DNA of 63,943 bases, filler included. It is 10 parts of 10 records of this genome, joined end to end, with 100 filler letters (N's around TTAATTAATTAA, not from the genome) between each part and the next. Parts side by side here need not be neighbours in the genome. Positions count along the whole stretch, not along the records: positions 37,562 to 42,980 come from SRR20825010_1636; positions 43,081 to 48,688 come from SRR20825010_1637; positions 48,789 to 52,203 come from SRR20825010_1642; 7 more parts are not named here. One strand, 5' to 3'. Shown here piece by piece: positions 40,327 through 50,165 of the stretch (the first letter of the stretch is position 1; each line of letters starts with the position of its first letter). The notes under the pieces are model-generated. The model searched no databases and was not told the DNA's origin. It worked only from the letters and a program-made list of their open reading frames with translations. Made by a program: the position numbers and the translations under genes.

Positions 40327-41235
40327 ATGAATACATCAATCGATCTTCCGGAAATGAGAGTTTTTGCAGCGGTTGTGACCGAGGGGTCCTTTACCGCGGC
40401 GGCGGAGCGGCTTGGCACCGACAAGGCGCGGATCAGCCGTATTGTCCGGCGTATGGAGGAAAAGCTTGGTGCGCAGCTGCTGACACGATCGACACGGCGG
40501 CTGAGCATTACCGAGGTCGGGCGTGATTATTTTGAGCGTGCCATGAGCATTCTGGGTGCAGCGGAAGCAGCGGAAGCAGCGGTGGCGCAGCGTTCGGGCG
40601 AGCCACAGGGATTGCTTAAAATCACAGCCGGTGCCGAGTTCGGGACAATGGTTGTCGACAGATGGGTCGCGATGTTCCTGCGGATTGCACCGAAGGTCAC
40701 GGTCGAGGCGCAATACACGAACCGCCTTGTTGATATCATTCATGAAGGTATGGATGTCGCGATCCGCGTTGGTGCGTTGCAGGATTCCGAGCTTTCGGCG
40801 CGCAGACTGGGCGAAGTAACCTATGGGCTTTATGCGACCCCGGATTATCTTGGGTGCGGGCCCGCGTTATCCGTTGTCAGCGATCTTGATCATCACGATC
40901 TGATTATGAAGACGTCACGGGGGCGTTCAAACTGGATGCTGGTGAACGGCCCTGATACGGCAAATGTCACGAAGCAGCCCCGTGCTGCGGTCAGCAGCAT
41001 CATTACGGCGAAAAACCTTGCCCTCGAGGGGCTTGGGATCACGCAGTTGCCCCGGTTCATTGCCGAGCCGCATGTGGCGAATGGTGAATTGGCCTGCGTG
41101 CTGCCGGGCTGGGCTGAAATTCCCGCACCGGTTCATGCCGTTTTTCCTTCAAGCCGCTATATGGATCCGAAGGTGCGCGGATTTGTCGATACCTGTCGTA
41201 AGGCGTTTGCGGGCAGTGATGACAGTTTCCGGTGA
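40327..41235 (+). CDS. LysR family transcriptional regulator (CrgA/DmlR-like)
   Basis: GSFTAAAERLG...LLTRSTRRLSITE HTH and DVAIRVG; divergent from the oxidoreductases. Confidence 0.93.
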   Translation: MNTSIDLPEMRVFAAVVTEGSFTAAAERLGTDKARISRIVRRMEEKLGAQLLTRSTRRLSITEVGRDYFERAMSILGAAEAAEAAVAQRSGEPQGLLKITAGAEFGTMVVDRWVAMFLRIAPKVTVEAQYTNRLVDIIHEGMDVAIRVGALQDSELSARRLGEVTYGLYATPDYLGCGPALSVVSDLDHHDLIMKTSRGRSNWMLVNGPDTANVTKQPRAAVSSIITAKNLALEGLGITQLPRFIAEPHVANGELACVLPGWAEIPAPVHAVFPSSRYMDPKVRGFVDTCRKAFAGSDDSFR

Positions 41236-41276
41236 AATGAATTTTCACGCCTTTGTGACAGATGGTGTGCATTCCC

Positions 41277-41301
41277 TTTCTTGACTAAACGATCCAGAAT
41301 T
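41277..41301. promoter_or_regulatory. Probable TetR operator, copy 1 (overlaps a TTGACT -35-like hexamer)
   Basis: TTTCTTGACTAAACGATCCAGAATT matches the reverse complement of 41919-41943 at 22 of 25 positions. Confidence 0.65.
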
Positions 41302-41315
41302 TATAAGTGTCGGTT

Positions 41316-41882
41316 ATGGGAAGATTGAAAGAGTTTGATATTGGCATGGCGGTGGATGCCGCGATCGGGGTGTTTCGCGAACACGGGTTCGAGGGGACAT
41401 CGACCGATATGTTGCTAAAGGCGATGCAGATCGGGCGGCAAAGCCTGTATGACACCTTTGGTGACAAGTGGCAGCTCTATTGCGAGGCAGTGCGGCGTTA
41501 TAGCGCGCGCGAGGCCAGCGCGCATGTCGCGGCCCTGAGAAGCCAGCCGCGTGCGATGGATGGCATCCGTGCCATGATCGGGCGGGTGGCCGACGGGGCG
41601 CATGAAAACTGCCTTGGCGTCGGGTCGATTTGCGAGTTTGGCAATTCGCACGCCGATCTGGTCGACATCCATGCGGCGGCGCATGCGGTGATCAGCACGG
41701 CGATTGCCGATCACATTCGTAGTGCCCAGAAAGAGGGCGATGCAGCCCGCGATCTTGATCCCGAGGAAGCGGCAGCTTTCATGACCGCGAATTTCGCCGG
41801 TATCCGCATTGCCGCACGTGGTGGGGCCGGGCCAGACCAGGTCAGGGCATTGGCCGCATTGGCGCTGCGTGCCCTGAGATAA
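41316..41882 (+). CDS. TetR/AcrR family regulator (ComR/NemR-like)
   Basis: MGRLKEFD...GFEGTS...SLYDTFGDK HTH and a CL motif. Confidence 0.9.
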   Translation: MGRLKEFDIGMAVDAAIGVFREHGFEGTSTDMLLKAMQIGRQSLYDTFGDKWQLYCEAVRRYSAREASAHVAALRSQPRAMDGIRAMIGRVADGAHENCLGVGSICEFGNSHADLVDIHAAAHAVISTAIADHIRSAQKEGDAARDLDPEEAAAFMTANFAGIRIAARGGAGPDQVRALAALALRALR

Positions 41883-41918
41883 CAGGCGGGAGATAGTCAC
41901 CCGCAAAAAATTTTGGAT

Positions 41919-41943
41919 AATTTTGGACTGTTTAGTCAAGAAA
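41919..41943. promoter_or_regulatory. Probable TetR operator, copy 2, just before the quinone oxidoreductase RBS
   Basis: AATTTTGGACTGTTTAGTCAAGAAA, an inverted copy of 41277-41301. Confidence 0.65.
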
Positions 41944-41947
41944 AGGA

Positions 41948-42925
41948 ATGACGACGATGAAAGCAATTGTAATGACCGCCATTGGTGGCCCGGACGTTTT
42001 GGTGCTGCGCGATCAGGAAAATCGAAAACCCGGACCGGGCGAGGTGCTGGTGCGGGTGACAGCCGCCGGTGTCAATTTCATGGATATTGGTGTCCGGCGC
42101 GGGATGGCATGGAGCGACATGGCCTTGCCAAGGACGCTTGGCGTTGAAGGGGCCGGGCAGGTTCTGGCGGTTGGCGAGGGCGTTTCGATGTTTAGGGCCG
42201 GGGATCGTGTTGCCTGGGTCTATGCGCCGGGAAGTTATGCCGAACAGATCGTGATTCCTGCCGATGCGCTGGTGGCGGTGCCTGATGGGATCGATGACAG
42301 AACAGCAGCTGGCGTAATGATGCAGGGCCTGACGGCCAGCCATTTCACCACGGATTTTTATCCGGTGCAGCAAGGTGATGTGGCGCTGATCCACGCGGCG
42401 GCGGGCGGGCTTGGCCTGTTGATGACACAGATCATCAAGCTGCGCGGCGGGCGCGTGATCGGGCGTGTATCGCATGAAAGCAAGATTTCGGTAGCCATGG
42501 CAGCCGGGGCGGATCATGTGATTGTTGATCGCGATGGCAGTTTTGCCGAGGAGGTTTTGCGCCTGACCGACGGGGTTGGCGTTGATGTGGTCTATGACGG
42601 TTCAGGCCCGGCGACGTTTGACGGATCGCTGGCGTCGCTCCGCCGGGCGGGGACGTTTTGCTGGTACGGGCCGGTTCTGGGCGGACCCGGTGCGCTTGAT
42701 ATCATGAGCCTGCCCAAAAGCATCAAGATCGGCTATGCGGTGTTTATGGATCATGTCCACACGCCGGACCTTTTGCGCCAGCATACCGCCCGATTGTTTG
42801 ACTGGATCACAAGCGGTGCGCTGACGGTGCATATCGGCGGGATCTATCCGCTGGCCGATGCGGCGCGCGCGCATACCGATATCGAAAGCCGGACAAGTAC
42901 CGGCAAGCTTATTCTGGTGCCATAA
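41948..42925 (+). CDS. NADPH:quinone oxidoreductase (zeta-crystallin/Qor family)
   Basis: GVNFMD, LGVEGAG, HAAAGGLG and TGKLIL motifs; no Zn ligands. Confidence 0.92.
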   Translation: MTTMKAIVMTAIGGPDVLVLRDQENRKPGPGEVLVRVTAAGVNFMDIGVRRGMAWSDMALPRTLGVEGAGQVLAVGEGVSMFRAGDRVAWVYAPGSYAEQIVIPADALVAVPDGIDDRTAAGVMMQGLTASHFTTDFYPVQQGDVALIHAAAGGLGLLMTQIIKLRGGRVIGRVSHESKISVAMAAGADHVIVDRDGSFAEEVLRLTDGVGVDVVYDGSGPATFDGSLASLRRAGTFCWYGPVLGGPGALDIMSLPKSIKIGYAVFMDHVHTPDLLRQHTARLFDWITSGALTVHIGGIYPLADAARAHTDIESRTSTGKLILVP

Positions 42926-42955
42926 CCTGCTGAGCCGCATTAGCCGGGCGGCTGT

Positions 42956-42980
42956 CTGGATTCCCGCTTTCGCGGGAATG
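42956..42980. repeat. REP/dRS3-like palindrome ATTCCC-N8-GGGAAT, copy 2
   Basis: CTGGATTCCCGCTTTCGCGGGAATG at the contig end, same orientation as copy 1, one mismatch. Confidence 0.8.
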
Positions 42981-43081
42981 NNNNNNNNNNNNNNNNNNNN
43001 NNNNNNNNNNNNNNNNNNNNNNNNTTAATTAATTAANNNNNNNNNNNNNNNNNNNNNNNNNNNNNNNNNNNNNNNNNNNNG

Positions 43082-43168
43082 TTCAAGATCAGCGCTTCCC
43101 AGTCGGGTCTTGAATGGCCGGGCTTGTTACGCATCCTTGATCGCAAGGGAGCGAATTACCGCGACTGA
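43082..43168 (+). CDS. C-terminal fragment, probably a class II aldolase/adducin family protein
   Basis: LEWPGLLRILDRKGANYRD* resembles the WPALLR.LDR....Y tail of that family; only 28 aa visible. Confidence 0.5.
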   Translation, partial: FKISASQSGLEWPGLLRILDRKGANYRD

Positions 43169-43215
43169 TCAAGAGGGTTTTTGAGGTTAAAGTTTTTGGC
43201 GCCGGACCTGATAAT

Positions 43216-44472
43216 TCAAGCAGGCTCCGGCGCTTTTTCTTTGGGCGTTTTAGATTCTTTCGACCGGCTGTAGATCAGCAATGCAATAGTAATGATTGCC
43301 GCCAGGCAGAAGAAAAAGACCCGATAGGCGCTGAGTGGCGCGGTGCCATTTTCTGATGCGAATGCGCCAATTATAAATCCGCCCAAAGATTGCAGCAGAA
43401 ACACGCCCAGAAATACAGCCGTATTCAGGGTAGCGATGCCACGTCCCAGACGCTCTTCTGGAAAGATCGAACGTCCGTGGGACATAATGACAACGCCATA
43501 GCTTCCAAAAAAGCTGAATACGATCAGAAGTGAAGATATCTGCCATACCGCGATGACGGGAACAGAACCGAGGATGACCAGAAGCGAAATTGTAATAACA
43601 GCTGCGGCGGCCACAAGAGACTTGCGCCTCCGGAAAACGCCATCAAGATAACCATAGAAGAAATTGCCTCCGATGACAGCGATAGTCATCCAGAAAAGGA
43701 TATTTCCCCGCGTGGTGAGATCAAGCCCGTAGATGTCACGTAAATAGTTTCCACCCCATAAGCCGACGATGGCCATGATCGTACCGTAGATGACAAGATT
43801 GATGGCGAAAATATACTGAAACTGCCGATCCTTTATTATGCCGATGACGCCTCCCAGCGCGTCTTTCAAACTTTCAGCTTTTCTGCTGTGCATGGCATGA
43901 TCCTTGGGGGCGTCCCTGATGATCAAATATCCAAAGACGATGGAAAGCGCGCTGACCAGGCTCGCGATCCAGAAAACATCCCGCCAGCCGATCATGTCGG
44001 TGAGGATCGCCGTTGGTGTTGTCGCGAGAATATTGCCAAGCCCGCCCATGCCAACAACAAGGGACGTGTAAAAGGCGAACCGTTCCGCCGAGAGCCACCT
44101 TGAGATAATCACGAGAGAGCCCATCAGAACAGGGGCGCAGCCAACGCCAATCATGAACCGTGCGGCGGTTAATTCCAGGAAATCTGCTGCTACGGCAAAT
44201 CCGGCTGACCCCAACACCGCAAACAGCATCATTCCGCAGATGGTTCTCCGTGGGCCGTAGCGATCGAGAAAAATACCAACGGGAACCTGGAAAATTGCGA
44301 AGGCAATAAAAAATGCACCGCCAATGACGCCAAGTTGACCATGCGTAAGCCCTATTTCATCCATCATGTTGGGTGCGATTACGGCAATGGAGGAGCGATA
44401 AAAATTACTCGCGACGTAAACAATCGACAATGTCGTGATGATCTTGAAGGCGGTCGCCGTTTCGTTTTTCAT
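43216..44472 (-). CDS. MFS transporter
   Basis: About 12 TM segments and motif A GIFLDRYGPRR. Confidence 0.92.
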   Translation of the reverse strand: MKNETATAFKIITTLSIVYVASNFYRSSIAVIAPNMMDEIGLTHGQLGVIGGAFFIAFAIFQVPVGIFLDRYGPRRTICGMMLFAVLGSAGFAVAADFLELTAARFMIGVGCAPVLMGSLVIISRWLSAERFAFYTSLVVGMGGLGNILATTPTAILTDMIGWRDVFWIASLVSALSIVFGYLIIRDAPKDHAMHSRKAESLKDALGGVIGIIKDRQFQYIFAINLVIYGTIMAIVGLWGGNYLRDIYGLDLTTRGNILFWMTIAVIGGNFFYGYLDGVFRRRKSLVAAAAVITISLLVILGSVPVIAVWQISSLLIVFSFFGSYGVVIMSHGRSIFPEERLGRGIATLNTAVFLGVFLLQSLGGFIIGAFASENGTAPLSAYRVFFFCLAAIITIALLIYSRSKESKTPKEKAPEPA

Positions 44473-44609
44473 TTTTATTGCGCTCGTACAGATTTTCTTA
44501 GAGCTAACAGGTTGCACGCCTGAGGTCAATTCGTACCGAGGTAGGGCTTTGCAGGCGATCATCTTACGGCTATGCTTGCAAAAAAATAATAACATAGGGA
44601 AAGACAAAT

Positions 44610-45623
44610 ATGTCCAGATGGAAGAACCGACCGGAAGGGTCTAACTGGGGCGATTTTGGTGAAAATGATCAGATAGGTCGCCTGAACCTTGTTACGCCCG
44701 AAAAAATTATCGCTGCGGCGGCGGAAATAAGAACAGGAGAGCGCTTCTGCCTGAGCCTGCCGCTTGATTTGCCGGGCGGGAATCTCCTCAATCCCCGGCG
44801 TTACCCACCCAAAATATCACCGACAGTCAGATCCGGCGACAGGCCGAACATGAACTATAACCTGTCGCAGGATAACCCAAACATGATTGATGTGATCTGT
44901 GATGATCTGGTTGTTCTGCATACGCAATATTCGTCGCAATGGGATAGCCTGGCTCATGTGGGGCAGGAGTTTGATGCTGATGGCGATGGCCAGGCGGAGA
45001 TTGTCTATTACAACGGCTATCGCGGCGGGGAGCATATTCAGGGGCCGGAAGACGAAGGTGGTCCGCGTGCATTGGCGCTTGGGATCGAGAATATGGCCGC
45101 TGCCGGTGTTCAGGGGCGCGGTGTGATGATCGATCTGGAAGGAGAGTTCGGCCGCGCGCAGACGATTGTCGGCTATGATGATTTGATGCGCGTCATGGAA
45201 AAAGACAATGTCACCGTCGAGGAAGGGGATATGGTTTGCCTGCACACCGGCTTTGCCCAAATGATTATGGAAATGGATGGCAAACCGGATAAAGACAGGC
45301 TGCATGGCTCCTGCGCGGCGCTCAATGGGCGTGATCCCAGGCTTCTCAACTGGATTACTGATTCAGGCCTATCCTTGCTGATTGCTGATAATTATGCGGT
45401 GGAAGCACATCCTTCGGTGCCCGGAGAGGGAAGCTGCGCTTTTCTTCCGATCCATGAGCATTGCCTGTTTAAACTCGGCATACATCTGGGAGAACTGTGG
45501 TATCTGACGCCGCTAAATAGTTGGCTAAAATCAAATAACCGGTCCCGTTTTATGCTGACGGCACCGCCCATCCGCCTGCCGGGTGCGGTCGGCTCTCCCG
45601 CCAATCCGGTTGCCACCGTCTAG
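44610..45623 (+). CDS. Cyclase (kynurenine formamidase-like metal hydrolase) family protein
   Basis: QYSSQWDSLAH, GRGVMIDL, ADNYAVE, LGELW and GSPANPVAT motifs. Confidence 0.88.
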   Translation: MSRWKNRPEGSNWGDFGENDQIGRLNLVTPEKIIAAAAEIRTGERFCLSLPLDLPGGNLLNPRRYPPKISPTVRSGDRPNMNYNLSQDNPNMIDVICDDLVVLHTQYSSQWDSLAHVGQEFDADGDGQAEIVYYNGYRGGEHIQGPEDEGGPRALALGIENMAAAGVQGRGVMIDLEGEFGRAQTIVGYDDLMRVMEKDNVTVEEGDMVCLHTGFAQMIMEMDGKPDKDRLHGSCAALNGRDPRLLNWITDSGLSLLIADNYAVEAHPSVPGEGSCAFLPIHEHCLFKLGIHLGELWYLTPLNSWLKSNNRSRFMLTAPPIRLPGAVGSPANPVATV

Positions 45624-45757
45624 TAATTGGCGCATATGTGGCTATTGCATGCGTGGACGTACGCATTATGTTACCCTTGTGTCTTGTCCATGCAAAATTA
45701 TTCTGCTAGCTGACGACCGTGATTTTATTTCCCCGCTTAAGGGGGTTGGAGTTTTCC

Positions 45758-46642
45758 ATGTTTATTCAGACCTTGCCGCATGAAAATGAAGACAGGATGA
45801 AATTCTTGCCGGGCCGACAGGTTCTGGCGGAAGGCTCCATCCTGTTCGAAAATGAGAAAGAGGGGCGGGAACGCTCCCCGCTCGCGGCGCGCCTGTTTGA
45901 TATCCCGGGAGTCCGCTCGGTGGAACTCGGAGAGGACTATGTCACAATCGTCAAACGGACGGATGCCGAACATAAAACCCTATGGATACAGCTTAAACCA
46001 ATGGTCCTCGCCGCAATCATGGATCATTATATGAGCGGCATGCCGGTATTGAACGGGGAACCGCAATCAGCCAGCGCAAGCTATTCAGAAGAAGAACAGA
46101 AAATCGTTGATTCCATTGTTGAGCTGATCGACACGCGGGTACAGCCGCAACTGCAGGAGGATGGGGGTGACGTGGCGTTTAAGTCTTTCGATCCTGCCGA
46201 TGGCGTTGTTGTGTTGGAAATGGACAGTTCAGGTCTGTCCACGCCAGCCTTTGGGACGCAAATCAAAATCGAAAACACGCTCAAGCATTTTGTGCCCGAG
46301 ATTCATCGGGTTCGCTTTGAACGCATGGTCGAAGAAGTGGCCGAGGGTACGAGTGATCGGCCCGGCCTGAAAAGTGATGAGGCGGACCAAATCCGCGTCC
46401 TTCTTGAAACGCGGATCAACCCCGCAATCGCGGCGCATGGTGGCTATATCACCTTGATTGACATAAAGGACAATACAGCCTTTGTTGAGATGGCTGGCGG
46501 CTGTCAGGGATGCGGTATGGCCGATGCAACGCTGAAACAGGGCGTGGAAGTGGAAATTAAATCCGCAGTGCCGGTAATTGAACGGGTTCTGGATGTGACC
46601 GATCACGCAGGCGGCGCAAATCCCTATTACGTTGGATATTGA
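45758..46642 (+). CDS. Nfu-type Fe-S cluster carrier (Nfu_N + degenerate NifU + NifU domains)
   Basis: MFIQT..MKFLPG..SPLAARLF.I.GV N-domain; V.P.LQEDGGD domain lacking CxxC; INPAIAAHGG..GGCQGC domain. Confidence 0.88.
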   Translation: MFIQTLPHENEDRMKFLPGRQVLAEGSILFENEKEGRERSPLAARLFDIPGVRSVELGEDYVTIVKRTDAEHKTLWIQLKPMVLAAIMDHYMSGMPVLNGEPQSASASYSEEEQKIVDSIVELIDTRVQPQLQEDGGDVAFKSFDPADGVVVLEMDSSGLSTPAFGTQIKIENTLKHFVPEIHRVRFERMVEEVAEGTSDRPGLKSDEADQIRVLLETRINPAIAAHGGYITLIDIKDNTAFVEMAGGCQGCGMADATLKQGVEVEIKSAVPVIERVLDVTDHAGGANPYYVGY

Positions 46643-46651
46643 CCGCCGCGT

Positions 46652-46864
46652 CTACTCAACCGCGTCTATGGCTTTGATCACGAAACCGCGGTCCGCGCTG
46701 TATTTGCGGCGCATTTTTTCCCATGCCTGTTCAAGGCTTTCCGCATAAATGTCTAAATAATGCGTTTCGGCCCAGCTATCTGAGAGCTCCTTGTGATGCT
46801 CTCCCTCCTGGAGTGCGGTAAGGACTTCTTCATTAAAAATAGCCGCTTCAAATTTCAGCTGCAT
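46652..46864 (-). CDS. Small conserved hypothetical protein
   Basis: 70-aa ORF with L.DSWAE.HY and Y...GFVI pattern; plausible RBS. Confidence 0.7.
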   Translation of the reverse strand: MQLKFEAAIFNEEVLTALQEGEHHKELSDSWAETHYLDIYAESLEQAWEKMRRKYSADRGFVIKAIDAVE

Positions 46865-46924
46865 TTCCGGTCTCGCCTAAAATTTCGATTTCCGGGATTT
46901 TTGCACTTTGAGGTTAATAATTGG

Positions 46925-47395
46925 TTATTCGGAATGTGTAACATTCGCCTTATTCAGCACAGGAAAATTCACTGAATTGGCAATAAAGCAGGTTTCATGG
47001 GCATCATGATGGAGACGTATCGCTTTTTCAAGGTTGCTTGCCGCTGAAATAACTACGACGGGGCGCAAAATCACTTCTGTAAACCGGAGTTTTCCGTTTT
47101 TCATTTCCATTTTCCCCCAGGCGTCGTCCTGATAGGCGGTAACAGCAATGTTCTTTCGCGCACAGAGGGCAAGATAGCTCAGCATATGGCAGGCGGAGAG
47201 CGAAGCTACTAATAGATCTTCCGGGTTGTAACGGTCGTCCGTTCCGAGAAATACGGGATCTGCCGACCCCTTGATGACCGGTCTGCCGTCAATCGATATA
47301 TCATAGGCGCGCGAATAGCTTTTATAGTCGGTCGTCGGACCGCTGCTCGCGCCATTCCAGTCGATGCGCGCAACAAATTCATGTGTATGAGCCAT
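46925..47395 (-). CDS. OsmC/Ohr family protein
   Basis: NPEDLLVASLSACHML and AH..CFIANSV (two conserved Cys). Confidence 0.92.
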   Translation of the reverse strand: MAHTHEFVARIDWNGASSGPTTDYKSYSRAYDISIDGRPVIKGSADPVFLGTDDRYNPEDLLVASLSACHMLSYLALCARKNIAVTAYQDDAWGKMEMKNGKLRFTEVILRPVVVISAASNLEKAIRLHHDAHETCFIANSVNFPVLNKANVTHSE

Positions 47396-47538
47396 CTTTT
47401 ATCCTAATCACACCATTTCACATTATCGGGAGTGGGAACGATATCGCTTTGCCTTGTCCATAGAATGCTACTATGTAATTTTTTACTGACAATCTCACGA
47501 TAATTTTTGGCCGATCGACAGGATATTTCAAAGAAACG

Positions 47539-48150
47539 ATGTTTGATGCCGCCCTGCGAAATATCATTGACCCGCCTCTGAACGCGATGGGCACCAGAAT
47601 AGCGGCTATAGGCGTTTCCGCAAATAGCGTGACGATACTCGGTTTCTTGCTTGGCATATCGGCCGTACCTTTGATCGCCATAGAGCAGTACGGTGCGGCG
47701 CTAGTTCTAATCTTGCTGAACCGGCTTTTCGATGGTCTCGACGGCGCGGTTGCCCGGCACTCGTTGTTGACTGACTTTGGTGGATATCTTGATATCGTCT
47801 GCGATTTTATTTTTTATTCGGCAATTGTTTTCAGCTTTGCGCTGGCCAACCCCGAAAACGCGCTTTATGCCGCATTTCTGATTTTCAGCTTTATGGGCAC
47901 TGCATCGACCTTCCTGACATATGCCATCATGGCGGAGAAGCACGGGATATCAACGGATATTCAGGGCCGCAAATCGCTCTATTACCTCGGTGGGCTGGCG
48001 GAAGGCGGGGAGACGATTGCCGCGATGCTGCTGATGTGCATTTTTCCGGATTATTTCATGATTATCGCGCTTGTTTTCGGCGGAATGTGCTGGGTAACCA
48101 CCGTTACACGTATCTATGCTGCCTGGCTGACCTTCGGTAAAACCCGCTGA
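47539..48150 (+). CDS. CDP-alcohol phosphatidyltransferase family protein
   Basis: DGLDGAVAR...GGYLDIVCD signature. Confidence 0.92.
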   Translation: MFDAALRNIIDPPLNAMGTRIAAIGVSANSVTILGFLLGISAVPLIAIEQYGAALVLILLNRLFDGLDGAVARHSLLTDFGGYLDIVCDFIFYSAIVFSFALANPENALYAAFLIFSFMGTASTFLTYAIMAEKHGISTDIQGRKSLYYLGGLAEGGETIAAMLLMCIFPDYFMIIALVFGGMCWVTTVTRIYAAWLTFGKTR

Positions 48151-48232
48151 TCGGCATTGTTTGGCCCGCCGGAACCGCTATACTCTTCCCGCAGTACATA
48201 AAAATAACAATAATTAAGACGGAGGACCCCGA

Positions 48233-48688
48233 ATGAGCAATTGGCAAATTGGTAATGTAAAGATTACCCGTGTTGTTGAAGTGGAGGCAACGGGCGGCAC
48301 GCGATTTATCCTGCCGCAGGCCACCCCGGATGCCGTGCAGCCGATTGACTGGCTTGTCCCGCATTTCGCGACCGCAGAAGGCAAGCTGATCATGAGCATT
48401 CACGCGCTCATCATTGATACGGGCTCGCGGCGAATTATTGTCGATACCTGCCTTGGCAACGATAAGAAGCGAGAAATTCCCGCCTGGAACATGCTGCAAA
48501 CCACCTTCCTTGAAGACCTTGAGGCGGCGGGATATCCGCGGGAAAGTTTTGATACTGTTCTCTGTACGCATCTTCATGTTGATCATGTGGGCTGGAACAC
48601 GATGCTGGTGGATGGCGAATGGGTGCCGACATTCCCGAACGCGCGCTACTTGATCGGAGCGACGGAATGGGATTACTGGCGGGCGACG
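48233..48688 (+). CDS. MBL-fold metallo-hydrolase (truncated)
   Basis: THLHVDHVG and FPNARY motifs. Confidence 0.92.
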
Positions 48689-48788
48689 NNNNNNNNNNNN
48701 NNNNNNNNNNNNNNNNNNNNNNNNNNNNNNNNTTAATTAATTAANNNNNNNNNNNNNNNNNNNNNNNNNNNNNNNNNNNNNNNNNNNN

Positions 48789-49905
48789 CCCGCTCTTGCG
48801 CGGATCGTGCCAGTTGCAACCGCAGGTCCGGGTCTTGCGCCAGACGCGTGATCGCCGCCGCAAGTGCTGCCGAATCCCCGACGGGTATCACCAGGCCATG
48901 TTCACCATCCTTCACGATCTCCGGCACCGCACCAACCGGCGTTACAACCGGCACCAGCCCGGCTGCCATGGCTTCCAGCAGACTGTTGGGGAAGCCTTCG
49001 CCATAGGACGGCATCAGGAAGACGTCGCCCCGACGCTTCAGCGCCAGCAGGTCCGCATGCGCCAGATATCCCTGTCGCGTGACCCGTTGCGGCAGCGCCG
49101 CACTCTCGAATTGAGACTCCAGCGGCTCGATCACCGCTGCAAGATGAAAATCGCCATGAACCTGCGCCATGTCCGGCCGCTGCAACGCATCGATCAGGAC
49201 ATAGGCGCCCTTGCGCTTGGCCTCGGTGCCCGCACTGAACACGAACAGCGGCGGGTCATTGCGCGGTGCGGTGACCGGGACAACGGATGCGGCAGGCACG
49301 GAGTTGTACAACACCAGCATCGGCCCGGTACGCCCCAGCCCGACCAGATAGTCCCGCCAGCCTTCCGACTGCACGATCAGCACGTCGGGGGACGCGACAC
49401 CGGCCCGGATACCCCGTTGCAGACGCGGGGATGACCCTTCGTAGAACTGGTCGAATATGCCGCCAAGCCGCATCATCGTCGGGCGTCGCAGCCGCTTCGC
49501 CAGCCACAGGTAGATGCAGGATTCCCAGAATGTCTGGAAGTCGGATGACTGGATCTGAACGATGTCGATCCGCCGGAACCAGAGTACGAAGGGGAAGGAC
49601 ACCAGGTGCCAGAGTGTGGCAAAGGCGGCCACGAACAGGCGCAGCACGCCACCTTTCAGGATGGCGGCGTAGCCATAATTGTCGACGACGTTCTTCTTGG
49701 GCGGACGGGACGTGGTGTGGGGAACGAAATCCACCTCGCTGGCCAGATCGGATCCCATCAGGTTCAGCATGAAGGTCGTGACCCCGCCCGTCGTGGGCGG
49801 AAACGGGCCGACCAGCAACACCCGCGGGCGACCGCCCGATCGCGTGCGCGGCATGGCAGGTCGCGCGCGCGACATGGCGTCATTGGCATCATCCTGGGCT
49901 GACAT
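48789..49905 (-). CDS. Glycosyltransferase family 4 (3' truncated)
   Basis: GPFPP..GG, KG and EGFPNSLLEAMA motifs; start uncertain. Confidence 0.92.
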
Positions 49906-50165
49906 CGCGTCCCCGTCTGAAAAGCGGCACGTCCGCCGCATGAACACGGCCCATCACAAGGCACGACAGGCAAACGACATTCGCTGGATTGCACGCCCCG
50001 CCCCTGTAGGGTGTCGCGACACGGACTGTCAACCTGACGGCGCGGCAAATGTCACCATTGCGGACATGTTTCAGGTGCCTTCCGGTCGGGAGTGCATGGA
50101 ACGTGATCGGCCCGGGTTCAGGGACGGCAGGAAACTTGAATGCATTCAGGTGAAACACCCTGGTC

